DNA of 64,000 nucleotides, taken from positions 616,866-680,865 of the forward strand of contig CAVQPQ010000003.1 in the NCBI GenBank assembly GCA_963714695.1, given 5' to 3'. Shown in pieces: positions 45,298 to 54,726 of the stretch (positions are counted from its first letter, which is position 1; each line of letters starts with the position of its first letter). This DNA is from an uncultured Verrucomicrobiae bacterium. GTDB lineage: Bacteria > Verrucomicrobiota > Verrucomicrobiia > Limisphaerales > UBA11358. The translations under genes and the position numbers were made by a program. Below the pieces are notes generated by a model. The model searched no databases. It saw only the letters and a program-made list of their open reading frames with translations, and was not told the origin of the DNA.

Positions 45298-46548
45298 ATG
45301 GACACGCGCCGAAAATTTCCTTCACCCTTGGACCTGAATCATCTGCGAGCAGCCCTTCGTCTGGCGCAGCGCGGTTATGGCACGACGTCGCCGAATCCGA
45401 TGGTAGGCGCGGTGCTGGTGAGGAACGGCCGAATCATCGGGCGCGGCTGGCACCGGCGCGCAGGCTTGCCGCACGCGGAAATCGAGGCGCTCCGCGACGC
45501 GCAAAAACGCGGCCATCCGGCAAAGGGCGCGACGCTTTACGTGACGCTCGAACCGTGTTGCACGCACGGACGCACGCCGCCTTGCACGGAAGCCCTCGTC
45601 GCGGCAGGAATCAAACGCGTGGTTGTCGGCACAACGGATCCGAATCCAACACATGCCGGCCGGGCTTTCAAAATTTTGCGCCGGGCAGGAATTGAAGTCA
45701 CGCCGCCTGGAAGCGCTGGTGTCCCGCCAGCCAGTCCCTCGATTCGCAACCCGGCAACTCGCCGGCAAGACGCCGGCACCCCCAGGGGGGACACTCTTGC
45801 AGCCGAATGCGAGCGATTGAACGAGGCTTTTAACCATTGGATTGTTCATCGTACACCGTTCGTCACCGTCAAAGCAGCCATGACGCTGGATGGCAAAATC
45901 GCCACGGCCACCGGCGAGTCGAAATGGATTACGGGCGAAAAAGCGCGGGCGCACGGCATGAAATTGCGTCGGGGCAGCGATGCGGTTCTCGTCGGGATCA
46001 ACACGATTTTGGCGGACAACCCGAGCCTTACGGCAAGGACGAAGATGGAAGGTGACAGATGGAAGATGGGCAAACAACTTCGGCGCATCGTTCTGGATTC
46101 GATGGCGCGGACACCGTTGACGGCGAAAGTGGTAAGCGACCAGCACGCGGCGCTGACAACCATCGTCGTGAGTAAATCAGCCCCGAAGAATCACGTTGCC
46201 GCCTTGTCGAAACGCGTAAATGTTGTCATCGCGCCATTGAAACAATCCGCAATCCGCAAATCGCAATCGCAAATTGACTTGCGCTGGCTGCTAAAAAAAT
46301 TGGGCGCGGAAAACGTGACGAGCCTGCTGGTAGAAGGCGGCGGGGAGGTGAACGCTTCGTTTTTGCTCGGCGGTTTCGCGCAGCGTGTGGCGTTTTTCTA
46401 CGCGCCGAAAATTCTGGGCGGACGTGATTCGCGCAAAGCCGTCGCAGGCGAAGGCGCCCGGAGCCTGGCGGAGACGATTCAGCTTCGAGATGTCGAGTGG
46501 AAGCGGCTTGGATCGGATTTGTTGCTCAAGGCGCGGGTCATTCCGTAG
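45298..46548 (+). CDS. ribD: Bifunctional riboflavin biosynthesis protein RibD (deaminase/reductase) carrying a repeat-derived insertion
   Basis: HAEIEAL...TLEPCCTHGRTPPC deaminase motif. TVKAAMTLDGKIA and SLLVEGGGEV reductase motifs. Extra segment PPGSAGVPPASPSIRNPATRRQDAGTPRGD between the domains. Confidence 0.9.
   Translation: MDTRRKFPSPLDLNHLRAALRLAQRGYGTTSPNPMVGAVLVRNGRIIGRGWHRRAGLPHAEIEALRDAQKRGHPAKGATLYVTLEPCCTHGRTPPCTEALVAAGIKRVVVGTTDPNPTHAGRAFKILRRAGIEVTPPGSAGVPPASPSIRNPATRRQDAGTPRGDTLAAECERLNEAFNHWIVHRTPFVTVKAAMTLDGKIATATGESKWITGEKARAHGMKLRRGSDAVLVGINTILADNPSLTARTKMEGDRWKMGKQLRRIVLDSMARTPLTAKVVSDQHAALTTIVVSKSAPKNHVAALSKRVNVVIAPLKQSAIRKSQSQIDLRWLLKKLGAENVTSLLVEGGGEVNASFLLGGFAQRVAFFYAPKILGGRDSRKAVAGEGARSLAETIQLRDVEWKRLGSDLLLKARVIP
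45706..45789. repeat. REP-like hairpin element inside ribD (same family as 14993-15071 and 20755-20840)
   Basis: cctggaagcgctggtgtcccgccagc ... gccggcaagacgccggcacccccagg forms an imperfect inverted repeat. Confidence 0.75.
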
Positions 46549-46615
46549 CGGCACCCCGGCAGAGTGCCGCCATTTTTAAATCAAATTTGCGGCGCCCTTC
46601 CGAGACGCCGCTACG
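46546..46615. repeat. REP-like inverted repeat between ribD and ribE
   Basis: gtagcggcaccccggcagagtgccgcc ... gcggcgcccttccgagacgccgctac. Confidence 0.55.
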
Positions 46616-46663
46616 AAGCAAAGGCGGCTCGACAGGGTCTTGCTTCACCGCTAATTTCCCAAA

Positions 46664-47281
46664 ATGTTCACAGGCATTGTTGAAGAAGCAGGAACCGTTG
46701 AGCGCATCAAGCCCACGGCCAAATCCATTGAACTGACCGTGCGCGCCAACGTCACCGGACGCGGGCTGAAGCTGGGCGGCAGTCTGGCGGTGAATGGCTG
46801 TTGTCTGACGGCGGTAAAAGTTTCTCCACGCGGAAAATTCAAGCTCGCACGATTTGATCTGCTCCAGGAAACGTGGCGGCGCACCAACCTGCAATTCGCC
46901 CAGCCCGGCGCACTCGTGAATCTGGAACGTCCGCTGCGCGCGAATGGTGAGTTCGGAGGGCATTTTGTGACCGGCCATATTGACGGCGTCGGCAAAATCA
47001 TCCGTTGGGAACGCGCCGGCCAGGATCACGTGCTCGACATCGCCGCGTCGCCGGACGTGATGCGTTACATCGTTTTCAAAGGCTCGATCGCGGTGGACGG
47101 CATCAGCCTGACCGTCGCGGGCGCGCAGAAAAATAGCTTTCGCATCTGGATTATCCCGCACACCTACGAAATCACGGCGCTGCGCGAACGAAAAGTCGGC
47201 GACGCGGTGAATTTGGAAGCCGACCTCCTCGGCAAATACACGGAAAAGTTCATCGCGGCGCGCGGCAATGGGCGGCCTTGA
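46664..47281 (+). CDS. ribE: Riboflavin synthase alpha chain
   Basis: MFTGIVEEAGTVERI...LGGSLAVNGCCLTAV...GSIAVDGISLTV duplicated barrel pattern. Confidence 0.9.
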   Translation: MFTGIVEEAGTVERIKPTAKSIELTVRANVTGRGLKLGGSLAVNGCCLTAVKVSPRGKFKLARFDLLQETWRRTNLQFAQPGALVNLERPLRANGEFGGHFVTGHIDGVGKIIRWERAGQDHVLDIAASPDVMRYIVFKGSIAVDGISLTVAGAQKNSFRIWIIPHTYEITALRERKVGDAVNLEADLLGKYTEKFIAARGNGRP

Positions 47282-47913
47282 CGGTAGCGGAGCTTGGTTC
47301 CTGGTTGGAAAAGTTTGTGATACCGGCCGCTTTTGGTAAAGACAGTGCCCAGACGTTTGCGGCGTAGCGGATGTGGCAGCGTGCCGAAGATGACCTCACG
47401 GCTTAAGGCCTGCATCCGCTGCAAGATGTCCTGAGTCTCTTTCCAGTTCACGATGGCCGCCCGCAGTGCTTGATATTGCTTGATATTGCTCTTGGTCGTG
47501 ATTGCCGTTATCGCTATTCTCGCCGCCTTGTTGTTAGGGCACCACTACTCCAGCCTTTCAAATTTGACCGCCTCCACCTGCCCGCACCATCCGCTCGGCG
47601 CCAACAAAGGCCATCACGAGCCAGCCTTGTAAAATGCCATGATACGAACCACAGATTTTCGTGTGCTTCGTACTGCTATCTGTGAAAATTTTGTTTTCTT
47701 GCGCAATTTTTCCAACGCAGAGGCGCGGAGAACGCGGAGTTTCGCAGAGTTTAATTTCCTCCGCGGTTCTCGGCGACCTCCGCATCTCTGCGTTAATGCT
47801 TCCAAGCGTTTGGTTGCGGCCATTGCCGCGCTAAGTATTTCGTAGTTCGTCTCAACCCAATCACCTGCCCAAGTTCAGCTTGGTTTTTCCACGAATTGAG
47901 CTAGATTGACGAT

Positions 47914-48237
47914 ATGAAAACGTTCTTCCTGATTTTGGTCGCGGTCGGATTGCTTGTGGCCGGTTGCGACAAAAGCAAATACGGTTCGGTTCAAGACAAC
48001 AAAAAGGCGTTGGATTACGGGAACACCCTGGTCAACGCAAAAAAAACGGCGGACAAGACGATTGACGTTGCGGCTCTCAACCAGGAAGTGCAACTGTTCT
48101 ATGTGCAGGAAGGACGTTACCCGAAAACGCTCGAGGAATTGACGCCCGGTTACATCTCCAAAATTCCGCCCGCACCCCTCGGTTACAAAATTGATTATGA
48201 CGCGACCAAGGGCGAGGTGAAAGTGGTGAAGCAGTAA
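47914..48237 (+). CDS. Small lipoprotein, hypothetical
   Basis: Lipobox GLLVAGC. 107 aa. Confidence 0.55.
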   Translation: MKTFFLILVAVGLLVAGCDKSKYGSVQDNKKALDYGNTLVNAKKTADKTIDVAALNQEVQLFYVQEGRYPKTLEELTPGYISKIPPAPLGYKIDYDATKGEVKVVKQ

Positions 48238-48242
48238 AAATT

Positions 48243-50561
48243 TTAGAGTGACAGGTAGGTCAGCACCTGCACTTCTTTTTTGAAGACCAGCTCGATGGAG
48301 TTATCCTGGAACCGAAAGTAAACGGGCGCGCGGTCTTGATAATGATCCCACATGATGCGTCCATTTTTCGGATTGATGCGCGCGATGTGGAGGCAGGGTG
48401 GTTTTTGCAATCCTTCCAGCGTGTCGCTCAAGACTTCCGCGTCGGTGGGGTTGGGGTCATACGACTGGACGGTGTAAATATACTTGCCCGACAGGTAGCA
48501 AATATAACCGCCGGGTTTAACGCTCCACAAGATCTTGCCGGTCCGGGGATCAACTTTGAGGAGAACCGCTTCTGTGGATTTTGTTATGTCAATCTGGCGG
48601 GCATATTTGATGTCATCCGGGTTGCCGGTGGTGGTGTTGACATACACCATTCCCTGATCGTCGAAAAACAAGCCCACGACGCCGATGGACGGCAACCGCC
48701 AGCGCGCGTTGCCGGTGGCCAGGTCGTAGGCGCTCAAAACCGCCTGATCAAAAACGTAAAGCAGGTTGCCGTGCTCGACGCACGGGCCGGCGCCGAATTG
48801 CGGTTCGGCTTCGCCAAATCCACGTTGGCCGGCGGAGATGGGGTAAGTGAGTGAGGCTTCCCAAAGTTTTTTGTTCGCCTTGTCGAAGACGATGACGCTT
48901 CTGCCCGCAGCGAGAACATTTACGGTTTTCAACGTGAACAACTGGGGCGGTCCAATCACTTCGCCGGTCCAGTCGGGGGTGCCCGTTGAATCCGGCCGGT
49001 GGAGAGTAACCTGATAACGGCTTTGGTCTTCCGAAACATTGCCGCCGCCGTTGTTGCGTTGCATTTCGTTCAGCATTTCATTGGCGGCCTCCGTTGAATT
49101 GGCAACCGACAGATCGCCGTTGAGCGCGGATTTTTTCGGCGGCGCTTTCATCGCCTCGCGCGTGACGATGTGTTCCTCAAGCAAACGCACCGCGATCTGC
49201 AAATAACCATTTTGGTCGGGAACGAGCGTGAAAGGGGCGTCTGCTCTTCGAGGTTTCCTGGCGTTGGCCGGCCGGGGGCGGCCCGGGTTGTTGTCCTTGA
49301 GTTCGGCCATGATTTGTTGTTCGTGAATCTCGTTGGCAAGCAGCGCCGGCAACGCAATCCGTCCGGGCAAATTCAAATTCTGGGCCTGTTCCGCAAACTT
49401 TTGCGCGTCGGGCGGTTGGCCGGCGGCGGCGCCCGGGGTGGAATTTCCTGAACTTCCGCCGGTGTTTTGCGTGGAAGTAACGGTAACCGCACCCGGATCG
49501 TGAAATTCCTCCGTGTGTTCCGCGCCGTTCGCGAGGCTGATGTGCGTGATGGACGGCGCACCCGCCCCGGTTCCCGGCACCAGCAACTCATCCGGGCGCG
49601 AAACCAGTTCGCCGTGGAATTGCGGCAGCGGGATATCCTGCAAAATCCTGCCGGTGTCCCAATCGTAATGCATGAGCTTGTCCGGCCTGACCACCCAAAT
49701 GTTCTGGCCGGAAACGTGCAGCGACAGCCCGTGTTGAAGCGCGATTTTTGCCCCCCGCTCCTGCGACCCCGGCGGCGGAGCCGGGAAGCCTTCGCCCGAT
49801 TGGTTTTCACGCGCACGCAAATCATTTTCCCATTTGATGACTTCGGCGATCTGGTCCTTGGTGATCAGTTCCAGCGACCAGACGGGCTTTTTCGTTTTCA
49901 GGTCGTAACGCGCCAGGGTGCCGCCGTGCAAAAAAACAATCTGGTCTTTGCCAACCAATTGCGTAGCGCCCGAATACGCGCGGTCGGTATCGTCAAAACG
50001 CGCGGAAAAATGCGGATGCGGCACCGAACCGAACCAAGCATACCAAGTCCAGAAGCCAAGGACCAAAGCCAGGACGGCGCCCAGCGAACTCAAAATCAAT
50101 CCGGCCTTCCGCCAGAACCGCGCTTGCACCCGGAATTTTTGCCCGGCATAAACCGGCGCGGCGACGCCCTGCAATTCAGCCTTGCTCTTGCAAAGCGGCG
50201 AACAAAAGAAGCCGAACAGTTCCAGGCACTGCGGACAGATTGGTTTCCCGCAGATGGCGCATTTTTCCGTCACCCGCGTGTTGCGATGCCTCGAGCAATA
50301 CCCGGAAACGGGCGCGGCTTGCGGCGGTTCCGGCGTTTTCTCCTCACGCGAAATTCTCAGTTGCGAGGCCACTGGCGCGGCGGGTGGCGGCGGCGAAGCG
50401 GTGTTGGGAAATTGTTTCGCGATTTCGTCACGGACCAGCTCGTTGATATAATCCGATGAATCCAGACCGCAGTTCTGGCAGACGAAGCGCATCGGATTCT
50501 GCGCCATTTCCGGAGTGACCTCAAAACTATACTTTGCGCCGCAGGAACATTGGATTTTCAT
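48243..50561 (-). CDS. Zinc-ribbon / single-TM / PQQ-like beta-propeller protein
   Basis: N-terminal MKIQCSCGAKYSF...FVCQNCG and CAICGKPICPQC. TM segment AGLILSSLGAVLALVLGFWTWYAWF. The C-terminal region has repeated ...G.ll(a/v)(y/l)D..TGk..W motifs. Confidence 0.7.
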   Translation of the reverse strand: MKIQCSCGAKYSFEVTPEMAQNPMRFVCQNCGLDSSDYINELVRDEIAKQFPNTASPPPPAAPVASQLRISREEKTPEPPQAAPVSGYCSRHRNTRVTEKCAICGKPICPQCLELFGFFCSPLCKSKAELQGVAAPVYAGQKFRVQARFWRKAGLILSSLGAVLALVLGFWTWYAWFGSVPHPHFSARFDDTDRAYSGATQLVGKDQIVFLHGGTLARYDLKTKKPVWSLELITKDQIAEVIKWENDLRARENQSGEGFPAPPPGSQERGAKIALQHGLSLHVSGQNIWVVRPDKLMHYDWDTGRILQDIPLPQFHGELVSRPDELLVPGTGAGAPSITHISLANGAEHTEEFHDPGAVTVTSTQNTGGSSGNSTPGAAAGQPPDAQKFAEQAQNLNLPGRIALPALLANEIHEQQIMAELKDNNPGRPRPANARKPRRADAPFTLVPDQNGYLQIAVRLLEEHIVTREAMKAPPKKSALNGDLSVANSTEAANEMLNEMQRNNGGGNVSEDQSRYQVTLHRPDSTGTPDWTGEVIGPPQLFTLKTVNVLAAGRSVIVFDKANKKLWEASLTYPISAGQRGFGEAEPQFGAGPCVEHGNLLYVFDQAVLSAYDLATGNARWRLPSIGVVGLFFDDQGMVYVNTTTGNPDDIKYARQIDITKSTEAVLLKVDPRTGKILWSVKPGGYICYLSGKYIYTVQSYDPNPTDAEVLSDTLEGLQKPPCLHIARINPKNGRIMWDHYQDRAPVYFRFQDNSIELVFKKEVQVLTYLSL

Positions 50562-50567
50562 GCGCGT

Positions 50568-51179
50568 CTAGGGTTTGGGGTTAAGCAGCACGACCCCGGG
50601 TGCGGCGGGGAGCGAAAACGTCAGTTGCGCCGGGCTGGGCTGCACGCTGCCGTCGCAAAGAAGAAAATTGCCGCCGTATTTGTGGTGGTTGTTGCCCGGC
50701 GGTTTTCCGTTTGTGGAAAAAGCAAATTCACCCGCGGCTTTGGGCTGCGTGTCCACCTGCCGGTCGGACATCAGGACGCTTTGCGGCGTGTCGAGCCGTC
50801 GGCTCATGTAGTAGGCGTAGCTGATCTTGTGTTTGGCGAGCGGTTCGCCGGACGGAATCTGCGGGTCCCGGCCGCCGGGGCAGATGAAAATAGAGGTGTC
50901 CGCCGTGTAGCGCGGCACGAGTTCATCCAGCACCGCCTCGGAAGTCGCCGCATTGGTGTTTTGCGGCAGCCGGCCGCCGAAGTCATTCGCGTAAATCTGC
51001 ATCGCCAGATAAATTTTCTGCAGATTGTCCGCGCAAAGTTTTTTTTGCGAACGCTGGCGGCTGGCCGAACCGAATCCATAAAGCATTACCGACATGACAA
51101 TCATCAGCGCCAGGACGATGAGGAGTTCAAGCAACGAGAAACCGGCGGCCGGGCAGCCATGACGTGGGACGGGTTTCAT
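50568..51179 (-). CDS. Prepilin-type N-terminal methylation domain protein with an H-X9-DG motif (DUF1559-like)
   Basis: AGFSLLELLIVLALMIVM at the N-terminus and HHKYGGNFLLCDGS near the C-terminus. Confidence 0.85.
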   Translation of the reverse strand: MKPVPRHGCPAAGFSLLELLIVLALMIVMSVMLYGFGSASRQRSQKKLCADNLQKIYLAMQIYANDFGGRLPQNTNAATSEAVLDELVPRYTADTSIFICPGGRDPQIPSGEPLAKHKISYAYYMSRRLDTPQSVLMSDRQVDTQPKAAGEFAFSTNGKPPGNNHHKYGGNFLLCDGSVQPSPAQLTFSLPAAPGVVLLNPKP

Positions 51180-51352
51180 ACCGGCTTTTTAGCGGAATCC
51201 GGCGCGCATGACAATGGAAACCCGCCACCCGCGCAACTTCCCGGCAGCGCATCCGCGAAGGCTACGTATTTCCGTCAATCTGCGCCACGACCCTCCGGCG
51301 GTGGCGCGGTCAAAGTGGCGAAGCAATGATTTTAAAGGGACGGAAGCCGGCA

Positions 51353-53074
51353 TCATTTTGGAATTTGCGCGGAACGCGGAGCCGGTGATTTCAAGGCATA
51401 GACGGAAACCGTTTCCGGCGGCACAGGGCCAAAGGCGAATGGCAGCGGCCCCTCGGCTGCCGCAAAAAAACCGGCGCCCGCTGGTCTGCTCCACGTCGTC
51501 AGCCAGCGCGGGCCGGAAACGGCAATCGTCCCCTTCAATGCTGATGTCCCTGAATTCACCGGGAACAGGCTGGTGTTGTTCTCCGGCACAACGAGAGTAT
51601 CGCCGGGTTTCAACGCGGAATGTCTTATGTCCAGCGGCAACGCGCCCAGCGCGTCCATGTAAAACTGGAATCCCCAGTGTCCCTGGAACCACAAGACTCC
51701 CGGTTCACGCCCATATCCATATTTGACGCCAGCCTGTTGCGCGCTCTGTCGGACAGCCAAAGCGAGACAAAAATCCGCGCGCGTCACCAGCAGCGCCAGC
51801 ACGGCCCCGGTCGCAAGGCAGATGGCCGCGCTGGGCGGCCGGGTTTTCCACCCTGTCAAAACTTTTTGATCCCAACGCCGCGCGAGCAAAATCCCCACCG
51901 CCGGCACCATGGGCAGCAGGGACCGCCCGTTGACGGTCCAGTTGAAAAACGCCGCGAACAAAAAAGTTCCCCACACCCACAAAGCCAGCAACCAGGAACG
52001 CGCATCACGCCGGCCCAGGACATCTGCCACCGCCATTGCCAGCACGCCCAGGCCAACGACCGCCCAGAAGATGATTTGAAATTCCACGGAAATTGGCGGG
52101 ATATTCTGAATCGCACCGTTTTTCAACAGTGATCCGACCAAATAATTTGCCGCCGCCAGCAGAACCGATCCGCCGGCGAACAGGGCCAGCACTCGCATCC
52201 GCCACAGCCGGGGCGCGAAGAATATCACAACGGCCAGACAGCCGCCGGTGAAAGTCAACGCGGTCAAACCCGAGGCGATTTTTGGCCCCCCAAGAAACCC
52301 TTTCGCAAATTTGGCGTAATCGGTCGCTTCGGACAGGAGCGCATGACCGTAAAGCGCCCGGGTGACCCATTGATAGGCACACAACGCTGCCAGCGGGATC
52401 AGCAGACACGCAATCCACCGTCCCGACCGGCGCTTTTCAATCAGCCCGCAAGCGGCCAGCAATGGAATGAGGCAGGCGCCGAAGTATTTCGTCAGCGCCG
52501 CCAGCGCAATCAACAGGCTGGCGCCGCACAACCGCCAAATGTCATCGCGCTCCAGTCCTTCCAGCCACAAAACGACGGCCCAAATCCAAAACGCCAGCAT
52601 CGTCACGTCGCACATCACCGTCGTGGCCGAAACCAAAAAAACCGGCGTGAATAAAGTGGCGAGCGCCGCCAGCATTGGTGAATGGCAAAAGCGGCACGCC
52701 AGCCGGTGCGTTCCCAAAATCGCCGCGACCGCCGGCAGTAAAAAGGCGAAATGTAGCGCGAACTCACTCCAGCCAACTATTTCCGCCGCTAGCGCGAGGT
52801 AATAACCGGCCAAGGGCGGATTTTGCGTCACCCACCACATCGGCTCCGCGGTTCCATACCAATTGACCTTGAAACCATACGGATCCGCCGGATGCGCGTG
52901 AATTTGCTGCGCCGTCCAGATGAAAAGCGGATCGTCAATATTGAACGGTTTGGCCAGAAATGGCGCCAGCGCAGCGAACACCACCAGCAACAGCGTCCAA
53001 TTCGGGTGCCGCGCCAGCCAGCGGCCTGTTTGGTTCAACCACTCTTTGCCTGAAGGCGGTGTTGGAGCTACCAT
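51353..53074 (-). CDS. GT-C fold membrane glycosyltransferase (ArnT / family 39-like)
   Basis: Start taken at MVAPTPPSGKEW. LAKPFNIDDPLFIW, ~12 TM segments and a soluble C-terminal domain. The upstream 118 aa of the tracked ORF are antisense to guaA and its upstream region. Confidence 0.7.
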   Translation of the reverse strand: MVAPTPPSGKEWLNQTGRWLARHPNWTLLLVVFAALAPFLAKPFNIDDPLFIWTAQQIHAHPADPYGFKVNWYGTAEPMWWVTQNPPLAGYYLALAAEIVGWSEFALHFAFLLPAVAAILGTHRLACRFCHSPMLAALATLFTPVFLVSATTVMCDVTMLAFWIWAVVLWLEGLERDDIWRLCGASLLIALAALTKYFGACLIPLLAACGLIEKRRSGRWIACLLIPLAALCAYQWVTRALYGHALLSEATDYAKFAKGFLGGPKIASGLTALTFTGGCLAVVIFFAPRLWRMRVLALFAGGSVLLAAANYLVGSLLKNGAIQNIPPISVEFQIIFWAVVGLGVLAMAVADVLGRRDARSWLLALWVWGTFLFAAFFNWTVNGRSLLPMVPAVGILLARRWDQKVLTGWKTRPPSAAICLATGAVLALLVTRADFCLALAVRQSAQQAGVKYGYGREPGVLWFQGHWGFQFYMDALGALPLDIRHSALKPGDTLVVPENNTSLFPVNSGTSALKGTIAVSGPRWLTTWSRPAGAGFFAAAEGPLPFAFGPVPPETVSVYALKSPAPRSAQIPK

Positions 53075-53173
53075 GCGCGTGTTGTTTAGCCGAGTCCGGC
53101 AGAGGTGAAAACATTTTTCGCTCGCCAAAAATGCACGGGACGGGCAAAGAATGTACCTCGGTCTTTTGATTTC

Positions 53174-54715
53174 ATGAACGAACAAATCGTTATTTTGGAT
53201 TTCGGGTCGCAATACACGCAGGTTATCGCGCGCCGCATCCGCGAGTGCAACGTGTATTCGATCATTCTGCGCTACGACACGCCGGCTGTGGAAATCGCCG
53301 CGTTGAAGCCGGGCGGAATCATTCTGTCCGGCGGCCCGTCCAGCGTTTATGCCCCGGACGCGCCGCTGCCGGACAAAAATATTTTCACGCTCGGCGTGCC
53401 CGTGCTCGGCATCTGCTACGGCGTGCAACTATTCGCCCAATTTCTCGGCGGCCAGGTCGAGAAAGGGCGAAAGCGTGAATACGGCAAAGGCACGCTCACG
53501 GTAAAGGACGCAGCGTGCGCGCTGTTCGGCCAGCTGCCGAAAACAATGCAGGTCTGGAATTCGCACGGCGACAAGCTCACGAAACTGCCGAACGGTTTCA
53601 AGTCGGTCGCCGTCACGGAAAACTCCGAATACGCAGCCATCGAAAATCGCGCCCGGAAATTTTTCGGCCTGCAGTTTCATCCCGAAGTCGTCCACACGCC
53701 GCGCGGGAAGGAAATTGTCGCCAATTTTGTCCACCAGATTTGCGGCTGCGGCAAAAACTGGACGATGCGCAGCTATGTCGAGCAGGCCATCGGCGAAATC
53801 CGTGCGCAAGTCGGTGGGGAAAAGGTCATTCTCGGCCTGAGCGGCGGGGTGGATTCGAGCGTGGCCGCTGCGCTGTTGAACAAAGCCATCGGCGACCAAT
53901 TGACCTGCATCTTTGTCAACAACGGCGTGCTCCGCGCCGGGGAGGCGGAAGTAGTGCGGGAGGTTTTCGGGCGCCATTTCAAAATCAAATTGCAATACGA
54001 AGACGCCGCGAAGCTGTTTTTGAAACGGCTCCAAGGCGTGACCGAACCCGAACGCAAACGGAAAATCATCGGCAAGACATTCATCGAAGTTTTTCAGGCG
54101 GCGACGAAACGCGCCGGCCAGGCGAAGTTCCTCGCCCAAGGCACGCTCTATCCCAACGTCATCGAATCCGTGCCCATTGCCGGCAATCCAGCCGCGATGA
54201 TCAAGAGCCACCATAACGTCGGCGGCCTGCCGAAGAGCATGAAGTTTCAACTCGTCGAACCGCTGAAACGCCTGTTCAAGGACGAAGTGCGCAAGCTCGG
54301 ATTGGAACTGGGCCTGCCGCAGGAAATCGTATTACGCCAGCCGTTCCCCGGTCCCGGCCTGGCGGTGCGCATCCTGGGTGAAGTGACGCCGGCTCGACTG
54401 AAGATACTGCGCAATGCCGATGCCATCGTGGTCGGCGAAATGAAGGACAGTGGCTGGTATCACAAAATCTGGCAGAGCTTCGCGGTGTTGCTGCCCGTGC
54501 GCAGCGTGGGAGTGATGGGCGACGAGCGGACGTATGATTACACCATCGCCATCCGCGCCGTGGAATCGCAGGACGGCATGACGGCAGATTGGGTGAAACT
54601 CCCCTATGGATTGCTGGAGAAACTCGCCAGCCGCATCATCAACGAAGTGAAAGGCGTGAACCGCTGCGTCTTCGACATCACGAGCAAGCCGCCGGGGACG
54701 ATTGAGTGGGAGTGA
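53174..54715 (+). CDS. guaA: GMP synthase (glutamine-hydrolysing)
   Basis: [36 protein letters not shown] and the C-terminal KPPGTIEWE. Confidence 0.95.
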   Translation: MNEQIVILDFGSQYTQVIARRIRECNVYSIILRYDTPAVEIAALKPGGIILSGGPSSVYAPDAPLPDKNIFTLGVPVLGICYGVQLFAQFLGGQVEKGRKREYGKGTLTVKDAACALFGQLPKTMQVWNSHGDKLTKLPNGFKSVAVTENSEYAAIENRARKFFGLQFHPEVVHTPRGKEIVANFVHQICGCGKNWTMRSYVEQAIGEIRAQVGGEKVILGLSGGVDSSVAAALLNKAIGDQLTCIFVNNGVLRAGEAEVVREVFGRHFKIKLQYEDAAKLFLKRLQGVTEPERKRKIIGKTFIEVFQAATKRAGQAKFLAQGTLYPNVIESVPIAGNPAAMIKSHHNVGGLPKSMKFQLVEPLKRLFKDEVRKLGLELGLPQEIVLRQPFPGPGLAVRILGEVTPARLKILRNADAIVVGEMKDSGWYHKIWQSFAVLLPVRSVGVMGDERTYDYTIAIRAVESQDGMTADWVKLPYGLLEKLASRIINEVKGVNRCVFDITSKPPGTIEWE

Positions 54716-54726
54716 CCGCTGTCGCA

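Noticed and set aside
47461-47560. Pilin-like hydrophobic segment (ILLLVVIAVIAILAALLLG) with a 10-bp tandem duplication (cttgatattg twice)
   Set aside because: Stops lie immediately upstream and there is no intact ORF or methylation motif. It is probably a decayed pseudopilin N-terminus, and it is too fragmentary to annotate.
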